Of a stretch of DNA of 64,000 nt, positions 57,499 to 63,758 are shown piece after piece; position 1 is the stretch's first letter, and each line of letters begins with the position of its first letter. Below the pieces are notes generated by a model. The model had not been told where the DNA came from. It saw only the letters and a list, made by a program, of their open reading frames with translations, and did no database searches. Where the stretch lies: the IMG/VR virus record IMGVR_UViG_3300032782_000001, positions 372,001 to 436,000 of that record; one strand, given 5' to 3'. A program made the translations under genes and the position numbers.

Positions 57499-57842
57499 TA
57501 CTGGGTGGCCATGGGGGCGAGGGCCCGCATCTCCGGGATGTCGTAGTAGCAGACCGGCCCGTAGCAGTTCGGGGGCGTCGGCGCGGGGCGCCAGCTCCGG
57601 GCCGCGGCGGGCCTTTCCGCGCGCTTGGCGGTCGTCGGGCGGGTCTCGGGCCGCGGGAAGATCGGAGACGCTCCCGGGGCCACGTAGACGGCCGGAGCGA
57701 CCGGTTCGGGCTTCGGCGCTTCCTGGACGGGGGTCGGATCGGGCTGGCGCGTCCCGTAGATGCGCAGTTCGCCTTGGAAGAGCGAGGGGCCGAAGGCGTA
57801 GGCGGCGAGGCCGAGGACCAGCAGGACGAGGAACGTCTTCAT
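57498..57842 (-). CDS. Small secreted or membrane-anchored Pro/Ala-rich protein
   Basis: MKTFLVLLVLGLAAYAFG signal/TM; promoter motif 8 nt upstream. Confidence 0.75.
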   Translation of the reverse strand: MKTFLVLLVLGLAAYAFGPSLFQGELRIYGTRQPDPTPVQEAPKPEPVAPAVYVAPGASPIFPRPETRPTTAKRAERPAAARSWRPAPTPPNCYGPVCYYDIPEMRALAPMATQ

Positions 57843-57894
57843 ATCTCCGGATACGGCGGACGGGGCCGGACTTGTCGCCCGGCCCCGCGGCCCG

Positions 57895-58155
57895 TCACTC
57901 GGGCAGAACGGCCAGGGCGGCGCGGAAGAGGGCCGGGCGGCCGGTCATGAAGACCCAGGGCGCCCCGTCTTCCTCGTCGCCTTGACGGAACAGGGCGACG
58001 CAGGAGTTGCCCCGGGCGACGAGGCCAACCGCGTTCCCCTTGAGGTCAGGGCCGGCGTGCCCCTGGTTGACGTTGATCTTGGGGTCACCCGAGACCTTCA
58101 CTTGGTACTCGCGACCCGAGAACACGAACGAACCCTCGAAGGACCATTTGCTCAT
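57895..58155 (-). CDS. Small early-type hypothetical protein
   Basis: ATG 58155, 8 nt after the promoter motif; 86 aa. Confidence 0.7.
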   Translation of the reverse strand: MSKWSFEGSFVFSGREYQVKVSGDPKINVNQGHAGPDLKGNAVGLVARGNSCVALFRQGDEEDGAPWVFMTGRPALFRAALAVLPE

Positions 58156-58207
58156 GGGTTGCAATACGGCGAGGGCCGCCAGGTTTCCCCAGCGGCCCTC
58201 GGTCCGT

Positions 58208-58435
58208 CTAGCAGCGCTCCATGCGGCGCGCCCACCGCTCGTAGTCCTCGACCTGCTCCTCCGTCATCTTGGGGACGAGAGGAGTCCGGGAGCCAGACTC
58301 GTCCTCGTACTCGAGCGTGTCGCCGTGCGAGGCCATGTTCGGGCTGACGCATTGCCCGATGGGTGCGTGCTTGACGAGCCGGGTCAGGGGCTTGGCCGTG
58401 CGGTCTGCGTCGAGACGTGCCTTCTTCGTGTCCAT
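58208..58435 (-). CDS. Small hypothetical protein, paralogue of 60439-60627
   Basis: GGAGGTG RBS plus promoter motif; KARLDADRTAKP...VKHAPIGQCV...LEYEDE. Confidence 0.75.
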   Translation of the reverse strand: MDTKKARLDADRTAKPLTRLVKHAPIGQCVSPNMASHGDTLEYEDESGSRTPLVPKMTEEQVEDYERWARRMERC

Positions 58436-58506
58436 CGTCGTCACCTCCGACCTGGAATACGACAAGAGGGACCGGACTTGCGCCCGGTCCCCTGGGTCCT
58501 GGTGGG

Positions 58507-58725
58507 CTATTCGCCCTTGGCCGCTTTCCTTCCTGCTTCGGTGACCCTGATGTTGCCTTCCGCGTCCTCTTCGAGCATGCCGCGGCGCAGCAATGCTTCG
58601 TGCGTCACGATGTTCTGGTGGTGCGTCGGGCGTCGCATGCCGATCTTGGTCTTTTGACCCTTGTTGCTGTCTTCGACCCCGACGCACCATTTGAGATCTT
58701 CGAGCATCCGCTGGCTGAGCTTCAT
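58507..58725 (-). CDS. Small winged-helix-like hypothetical protein
   Basis: RBS plus promoter motif; EALLRRGMLE...IRVTEAGRKA. Confidence 0.7.
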   Translation of the reverse strand: MKLSQRMLEDLKWCVGVEDSNKGQKTKIGMRRPTHHQNIVTHEALLRRGMLEEDAEGNIRVTEAGRKAAKGE

Positions 58726-58774
58726 CCCGTCACCTCCGGGGCAGAATACGCCCCGGAGCGCGGAATTTGCGGCT

Positions 58775-59011
58775 TTAGGGCACTTCCATCCGGACGGTGA
58801 TTTGGTCGTCCTTCCCTTCCCATCCGTCCGGGTGCGCGTCGTAGAAGCCATCCCGGACTTCGAGGTTGCCCACGAGGACGCCCGACTCGTCCTGCTCGGT
58901 GTGGAATTCCCCGACCGCCGTATGCCACGCCACGATGTTCTTAGCGCGTCGGATCGCTTCGTCCGACGTCATGGTGTCCGGCTTCTCGATCCCGATGAAG
59001 ACCATTTCCAT
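58775..59011 (-). CDS. Small hypothetical protein
   Basis: RBS plus promoter motif; 78 aa. Confidence 0.7.
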   Translation of the reverse strand: MEMVFIGIEKPDTMTSDEAIRRAKNIVAWHTAVGEFHTEQDESGVLVGNLEVRDGFYDAHPDGWEGKDDQITVRMEVP

Positions 59012-59062
59012 CTCGTCACCTCCAGCCAGGAATACGGCCGGAGGTGCGAGATTTACAGGCCT

Positions 59063-59278
59063 TCAGGCTGCGAACCGGGTTGCTTCCTCGGCGAAGACCG
59101 AGAGAACGTCGGCCGCTTCCTCGAGTTCGGTCTCGAGGAAATCGACCTGTGCCTGGTTGTATTCCAAGTCCTCGTAGTCGGTGTAGCCCTCCGCGTCCGT
59201 GGACGCTGCGTGAGCCGCCTCGTACGCATCCCCGATGGCCATTCCGAGCAGCGAATCCCTGGCGATCACCTTCTCCAT
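59063..59278 (-). CDS. Small acidic hypothetical protein
   Basis: RBS plus promoter motif; ATG 59278. Confidence 0.7.
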   Translation of the reverse strand: MEKVIARDSLLGMAIGDAYEAAHAASTDAEGYTDYEDLEYNQAQVDFLETELEEAADVLSVFAEEATRFAA

Positions 59279-59364
59279 TGTCGTCACCTCCGACCAGGAA
59301 TACGACGGAGAACGCAGGATTTACAAGTCTGAAGCGGCGCGCGGCGGATTTCTGCTCTGCCCGG

Positions 59365-59436
59365 AGGATCCGGCGGGATTCGAACCCGCGACCATGGGGT
59401 TAAAAGCCCCTAGCTCTACCCCTGAGCTACGGATCC
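59365..59436 (-). tRNA. tRNA-Lys (anticodon UUU)
   Basis: Cloverleaf: acceptor GGATCCG/CGGATCC, D arm GCTC-AGGGGTA-GAGC, anticodon loop CT-TTT-AA, T arm GCGGG-TTCGAAT-CCCGC. One A-A mismatch at the top of the anticodon stem; no encoded CCA. Confidence 0.93.
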
Positions 59437-59438
59437 AA

Positions 59439-59454
59439 TGTTTCACGTGAAAAC
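59439..59454. promoter_or_regulatory. parS-like site
   Basis: TGTTTCACGTGAAAAC versus consensus TGTTTCACGTGAAACA (14/16); intergenic. Confidence 0.5.
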
Positions 59455-59457
59455 ATC

Positions 59458-59487
59458 GGGACGGCGGGTGTAGTGACCCGCCGTCCC
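59458..59487. terminator. 12-bp GC hairpin after the 59499-59684 gene
   Basis: gggacggcgggt-gtagtg-acccgccgtccc. Confidence 0.55.
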
Positions 59488-59498
59488 TTGGGGTTGTG

Positions 59499-59684
59499 TC
59501 AGCCCACGCCGTAGACCGCCATGTGCTCGATCCACGGATGGACGCGGACCCCACGCTTGGTCGGGGGCGGCGGTTCCGTGGCCCATGCCGCGTACGCCTT
59601 GCAGTCTTCGCACTCCCCGCAAGGCTCCGGCTCGCCCGTGCAGACCTTGGAATCCTCGACCGGCGCATTGAACCTCGTGTTCAT
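59499..59684 (-). CDS. Small Cys-containing protein
   Basis: RBS plus promoter motif; C...PCGECEDC. Confidence 0.7.
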   Translation of the reverse strand: MNTRFNAPVEDSKVCTGEPEPCGECEDCKAYAAWATEPPPPTKRGVRVHPWIEHMAVYGVG

Positions 59685-59726
59685 CGTCATCACCTCCGAC
59701 CATGAATACGGCCGGAGGCGACGGAT

Positions 59727-59999
59727 TTACACCTCGCGGATTTGGTCTCGCGCCTCGCGCTTGTGGAACTGGCGACGCACCTTGCCCACCAGCTGCTTGA
59801 CGCGGTGCGTCGACCGACCACCAGTAGCGGCAGTGCTGTAGCGGTCGAGGTGGCCGTCGCGGAAGGTCGCGCAGATCTCCGAGCCGAAGTGGCCGGCTTG
59901 GAAGCGTTGACCGATCGTCATCTTCGGATGGTTGCGCGACGGCTCCGAGAGCCACTTCGTGTACCGCATCGTGGGAACCTTGCGCGTCGTCCTTGCCAT
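59727..59999 (-). CDS. Small basic hypothetical protein
   Basis: RBS plus promoter motif; ATG 59999. Confidence 0.7.
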   Translation of the reverse strand: MARTTRKVPTMRYTKWLSEPSRNHPKMTIGQRFQAGHFGSEICATFRDGHLDRYSTAATGGRSTHRVKQLVGKVRRQFHKREARDQIREV

Positions 60000-60004
60000 C
60001 TCGA

Positions 60005-60193
60005 TCACCTCCGTTTCTGAGTACGCGACCGAGAGTTGGACTTGCAACTCCAAAACACCGTCAAGTACGGGCCGACGTACGAGCGGTCTGACTTCAGGAG
60101 CTTGTTGCCCATCTTCTCGAGAAAGGCGTCAATCTCCTCGTCCGAGTCGAAGCGCTTGCTGTGCTCGTAGTCCACCCCATCCAACATTGGCAT
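60005..60193 (-). CDS. Small hypothetical protein
   Basis: RBS plus promoter motif; ATG 60193. Confidence 0.6.
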   Translation of the reverse strand: MPMLDGVDYEHSKRFDSDEEIDAFLEKMGNKLLKSDRSYVGPYLTVFWSCKSNSRSRTQKRR

Positions 60194-60255
60194 GTTGTCA
60201 CCTCCAATTTGGAATACGACGGAGAAGGCCGGACTTGCGCCCGGCCCTTGCCCGA

Positions 60256-60390
60256 TCAGCCCACAGGCCCGCGCACCTCGCAGGCGAGCCAGACCAGACC
60301 GTGCCAGACCCCCTGGCGCCGGAAGTACGCGATCCAGCCCCCGAACTCCTCCGAAACGAGCCGCGGCAACCGCACGAGACGAGAAACCAT
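60256..60390 (-). CDS. 44-aa microprotein (below the ORF-track cutoff)
   Basis: GGAGGTG RBS plus promoter motif; MVSRLVRLPRLVSEEFGGWIAYFRRQGVWHGLVWLACEVRGPVG. Confidence 0.65.
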   Translation of the reverse strand: MVSRLVRLPRLVSEEFGGWIAYFRRQGVWHGLVWLACEVRGPVG

Positions 60391-60438
60391 GTCCGCCACC
60401 TCCGGCCGAGGATACGACCGGAGGTGGCGGATTTGCGG

Positions 60439-60627
60439 TCAGGTGAGCTTGGTGCGGAGCCCGTCCTCGTCCTCGTACTCGAGGTCCGTGAGGTGCGTGT
60501 GCGGTCCGACGCACTGGCCGACGGGCACGTGCTTGACGATTCGCGTCTTCGGCTTGGCGGTCTTGTCCGCGTCGAGACGGGCCTTCTGGCAGAGCGTGTC
60601 GTAGTCGTCCAAGAGCTTCGTGTTCAT
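60439..60627 (-). CDS. Small hypothetical protein, paralogue of 58208-58435
   Basis: RBS plus promoter motif; KARLDADKTAKP...VKHVPVGQCV...LEYEDE. Confidence 0.75.
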   Translation of the reverse strand: MNTKLLDDYDTLCQKARLDADKTAKPKTRIVKHVPVGQCVGPHTHLTDLEYEDEDGLRTKLT

Positions 60628-60689
60628 CGAATCACCTCCGACTGAGAGTACGGCGGAGAGGGCCGGACTTGCGCCCGGCCCCCGGCCCT

Positions 60690-60929
60690 TCAGGGCGCCT
60701 CGACCATCAGGTCCAGAAACGCCTGGCCATCCGGCGTAAGCGCTTCGGCGTCCACGAAGCCCACAGCCGTCTGCCGGGTCCGCAAGTCGGCCGTCTGTCC
60801 CTCGGCCGTCTCGCCCACGGTGAGGCGGTCCGAGAAGAGGCCGGCCTGCGTCCCATCCGCCCAACAGACCGCGATCGTCAGGCCCAGGCCCAGGCTGTCC
60901 GCGAACACCGCCTTGTTCGTCAATTTCAT
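60690..60929 (-). CDS. Small hypothetical protein
   Basis: RBS plus promoter motif; ends ALTPDGQAFL (wHTH-like). Confidence 0.7.
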   Translation of the reverse strand: MKLTNKAVFADSLGLGLTIAVCWADGTQAGLFSDRLTVGETAEGQTADLRTRQTAVGFVDAEALTPDGQAFLDLMVEAP

Positions 60930-61024
60930 CGTCGTCACCTCCGACCAGGAATACGGCAGGACGGGCGGGATTTACACGACGCGGGCCGGGTTGTAAATCC
61001 CCCGGCCCGCGTCGTATTCGGATC

Positions 61025-61375
61025 TCAGTGGCAGCGGAGCGTAACCGTCCGGCTGCCCCACGCGCCCTGGCCGCTGCCGGGCTTCGCGTTCCAGAGCGCA
61101 CCGACCTCTCGGGTCTCGCCGTCGTTGCAGGGGGCCGCTTGCACGTGGACCGCCTTGGGCGCGGGGCGCGGCTTGGACGCCACGATCGTGATCGGGATCT
61201 CGAGGGGCGCGGGCTCGTCGTGGGCCTTCTCGGGCGCCGGTGCGGGCTTGGGCGCCTCCTGCGTGGCCACGGGCGCCGCCTTGGCCGTGGGCTCCACGAA
61301 CGTGCTTCCGAGCCAGACGCTCGCGGCCGCCGCCAGGATCCACGCGCCGATCGTCGCCATCGTCTTCTTCGTCAT
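61025..61375 (-). CDS. Small secreted or membrane-anchored Pro/Ala-rich protein
   Basis: RBS plus promoter motif; TM IGAWILAAAASVWLG; PA-rich linker; C-terminal C...C domain. Confidence 0.7.
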   Translation of the reverse strand: MTKKTMATIGAWILAAAASVWLGSTFVEPTAKAAPVATQEAPKPAPAPEKAHDEPAPLEIPITIVASKPRPAPKAVHVQAAPCNDGETREVGALWNAKPGSGQGAWGSRTVTLRCH

Positions 61376-61555
61376 GATCATCACCTCCATCCCCCGATAC
61401 GACGACGAGCCGCAGACTTCCGAACCCGGCAGGCCTATGCAAATTGTTGCAAGTTGGAAGTATTGGAGGACGGAGGGGGCTTGCGTGTCTCGTTCCAATT
61501 GCAAGACATGACGATGCCCAGACTCCGTAAATTGGAGCCCGGGCATCGTATGCGT

Positions 61556-61738
61556 TCAGCGGCAGCCGCGTGCGTTGAACCGCGGGTCTCGCTCGTGGTT
61601 CTTCTGCCACGTGGTGGGCCGCTTGGCTCCTGCGTCGCGCGGCGCGCTGGCGAGGAGCCTTTCGTAGAAGCCGGGCTCCTTGTCGTGGCAGCCTTCGGGC
61701 GGCGAGCATCGCAACGTGTCGGGTTCTTGGTCGTCCAT
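61556..61738 (-). CDS. Small hypothetical protein
   Basis: RBS plus promoter motif; ATG 61738; 60 aa. Confidence 0.55.
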   Translation of the reverse strand: MDDQEPDTLRCSPPEGCHDKEPGFYERLLASAPRDAGAKRPTTWQKNHERDPRFNARGCR

Positions 61739-61846
61739 CGCGTCACCTCCGCCCACGCATACGACGACGAGCCGCAGACTTCCGAACCCGGCAGCGGGCC
61801 GCAAATTGTGCTGTGGGTGCCGTATCACTGGTTGGAGGTGACGACA

Positions 61847-62374
61847 ATGAACCAGGACATCGACACGCAGGTTTCGGATTCTCTCTTCGGCGCGGCTCTC
61901 GTTCAGGCGGTTCTCGCGGAGCCCGAGACCACGGAGCCCTGCCCCGCGACGGCCCGCTCGGCCAAGCCCGCGGAAATCCAGCCCGCCACGGCGTACTCCA
62001 AGTCGGAGGTGACGACGATGAACCAGAACAGCTACCCGTTCCGCAGCAAGGCCCAGATCGCAGCAGCTCTCGCCGAAAGCGCGCCCTTCCGCCTCGAGTG
62101 CCTCGGCATCCTGTTCGATCGCCAGACGGCGTACGAACAGAGCTCCGAGACCACGCTCAACCGCAACCGCCAGGGCTTCATGAGCTCGCACGCCGTCCAC
62201 GGCTGCCGCATCGCCAAGAAGATGCGGGCCGGCGAGGAGCTCACCGCCGAGGATCTCGATCGCGTCGCGACGATCGTGCCGCGCTACACCCGCCAGCTCG
62301 CCGAGCACTTCCGCCACGAGGCGGTTGCGGCGAACCCGGCCCTCAAGGCGGCGGCCGCAGTCTTCGGGGTCTGA
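61847..62374 (+). CDS. Hypothetical protein with a second in-frame start at 62018
   Basis: Two promoter-plus-GGAGGTG cassettes give ATG 61847 and ATG 62018 in the same frame; both begin MNQ. Confidence 0.7.
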   Translation: MNQDIDTQVSDSLFGAALVQAVLAEPETTEPCPATARSAKPAEIQPATAYSKSEVTTMNQNSYPFRSKAQIAAALAESAPFRLECLGILFDRQTAYEQSSETTLNRNRQGFMSSHAVHGCRIAKKMRAGEELTAEDLDRVATIVPRYTRQLAEHFRHEAVAANPALKAAAAVFGV

Positions 62375-62420
62375 GATCGGACCAGGGGGGCGCGTAACCG
62401 GAAGGCCGGTACGCGCCCGG

Positions 62421-62470
62421 CCAACAGCCAAAGCACGATTCCAATATTGGAATCGTGCTTTGGCTGTTGG
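62421..62470. repeat. Perfect 50-bp palindrome (no loop)
   Basis: ccaacagccaaagcacgattccaat|attggaatcgtgctttggctgttgg. Confidence 0.95.
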
Positions 62471-62542
62471 ATTTCTGTCTCTTCGGTTTTCGTCGTCTCG
62501 TAGATCCGTCGGTCCGCGGCGTATCCCAGATCGGAGGTGACG

Positions 62543-62815
62543 ATGACGACGATCGAAAGCGCCGTTTACAAGCCGTTGGAGCAGGACGAGCAGCCGGGCA
62601 TGCCGACCTTCCGCGTGAAGGGTGTGTACGATGGGGCTCCGTTCGAAGGGGAACTGTCCGTCGAGGTCGACGGACGGGACATCGAGTGGAAGGGAACGCC
62701 TGACCCGGACGGCCCGGATTGGAACTCCGGGATGTGTGCTGCCATCATCGAGGAGCTCTGGAGTCTTCCCGCTTGGGAAGACGCCCGGTCGGAGCACGGC
62801 GAGTACATGGGCTGA
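62543..62815 (+). CDS. Small acidic hypothetical protein
   Basis: RBS plus promoter motif; ATG 62543. Confidence 0.7.
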   Translation: MTTIESAVYKPLEQDEQPGMPTFRVKGVYDGAPFEGELSVEVDGRDIEWKGTPDPDGPDWNSGMCAAIIEELWSLPAWEDARSEHGEYMG

Positions 62816-62860
62816 ACAGACATGCCGGAGGGATCTGAATGATCCCTCCGGCATGTCTGT
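62816..62860. repeat. 20-bp perfect inverted repeat with a 5-nt loop
   Basis: acagacatgccggagggatc-tgaat-gatccctccggcatgtctgt. Confidence 0.95.
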
Positions 62861-62983
62861 ATTGGGGGATCTGTAAGTTTCTCCATACCTACGTGTATAT
62901 TTACACGTTGCCTCCGGCCGTGGACGCACGGGTGACGAGTGGCGGAGCTGCCTGAAGCCGGATAAAGGGGACAGCCGCTCTTT

Positions 62984-63020
62984 ATCTATGGCAGGGATCA
63001 CGGCGATCCCTGCCATAGAT
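62984..63020. repeat. 16-bp perfect inverted repeat with a 5-nt loop
   Basis: atctatggcagggatc-acggc-gatccctgccatagat. Confidence 0.95.
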
Positions 63021-63041
63021 CTTTGGTAAAATCCTTAGGTC

Positions 63042-63368
63042 ATGACGCCGAGCCAGGTTGCCCAGTCCCTCCGCCACATCGCTTCCAAGATCGACAACTC
63101 CAAGTTGCCCGACCGGACTTTGGTCGCGCGCGACCTGCGCGGTTTGCTCACGCAGATTGCGCAGGAGCAAGAGGAGTGCGGCATGGGTGGGGTTGCCCAA
63201 CAGCAGCAGGGTCAGCAGGAGCAGCAGGCTCTTCCGAAGTCCGGCGTCGGCCAGCAGATGCTCATGGAGGCCATCAGCGAGCTTCAGGACGCTGCGAAGT
63301 CCGGCGACCACAGCAAGTTCGAGAAGGCTCTCGCCAAGGTCAACGGCGCCAAGGCGAAGGCTGGCTGA
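63042..63368 (+). CDS. Hypothetical Gln-rich helical protein
   Basis: 108 aa; LRHIASKIDN helix; QQQQGQQEQQ; flanked by related hairpins. Confidence 0.7.
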   Translation: MTPSQVAQSLRHIASKIDNSKLPDRTLVARDLRGLLTQIAQEQEECGMGGVAQQQQGQQEQQALPKSGVGQQMLMEAISELQDAAKSGDHSKFEKALAKVNGAKAKAG

Positions 63369-63420
63369 AATATCTGGCAGGGATGAAAGAAAACCCTGCC
63401 GGATACTCGGGCGTCGCGGT

Positions 63421-63531
63421 TTACGATCCGTAGTACCAGAGCGGGATGCGCTTGTAGACGCCAGGTCCCTGGATGACGTACCAGGGCTTGTTGTTGATGA
63501 TCTGCACTTCCCCATTGATCTTGTTCGGCAT
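63421..63531 (-). CDS. 36-aa microprotein (below the ORF-track cutoff)
   Basis: GGAGGTG RBS plus promoter motif; MPNKINGEVQIINNKPWYVIQGPGVYKRIPLWYYGS. Confidence 0.65.
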   Translation of the reverse strand: MPNKINGEVQIINNKPWYVIQGPGVYKRIPLWYYGS

Positions 63532-63679
63532 CGCGTCACCTCCACTGTTCGGGTACGCGGCGAATCCGTCGATCTATGGCAGTATTCAGTTTGATCTATG
63601 CCAGATAGTCGTCAAGCCGGCCAGGAACCCATTCCCAGTCGGCTTGACGGTGGCGACGACGCCAACTCTTTTAACGATT

Positions 63680-63758
63680 GCTGATAGGCGGGAGTCGAAC
63701 CCGCCGCCGCGTACCACCTGACCGGTTTCTCGCCGACGAAAGCGTTACTCCCTGTCAG
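63680..63758 (-). ncRNA. tRNA-like element (T arm plus possible acceptor stem; no canonical D or anticodon arm)
   Basis: GCGGG-TTCGACT-CCCGC T arm, followed by CTATCAG that can pair with upstream CTGACAG (6/7). Confidence 0.4.

Larger units (their letters stand above)
57851..63575. promoter_or_regulatory. Array of 19 copies of the bipartite motif A(A/G)(A/G)T (once AAAC)-N14-CGTA, most followed by GGAGGTG and a start codon
   Basis: CGTA positions, minus strand: 57852, 58165, 58458, 58747, 59033, 59301, 59707, 60022, 60215, 60413, 60649, 60952, 61398, 61760, 63554. Plus strand: 61013, 61821, 61992, 62520. The spacer was counted as 14 in every copy. Confidence 0.85.

Noticed and set aside
57362-61709. 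Many overlapping Arg/Pro/Gly-rich ORFs in the GC-rich arm (e.g. 57362-57985, 58007-58657, 60669-61511, 60972-61709)
   Set aside because: No RBS or promoter cassette, low-complexity translation, and antisense or out of frame to cassette-supported genes.
61028-63016. Long ORFs 61028-62374 (+, 448 aa) and 61556-63016 (-, 486 aa)
   Set aside because: These are high-GC shadow frames that run through promoters and palindromes. Only their terminal parts, which follow RBS cassettes (61847/62018 and 61738), are credible.
57851-63575. CRISPR array from the recurring GTCACCTCC...ATACG units
   Set aside because: The units are degenerate, 150-500 bp apart, and each precedes an ORF. They are the reverse complement of a Shine-Dalgarno plus promoter. 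No cas operon is present; the PD-(D/E)XK gene sits in the replication cluster.
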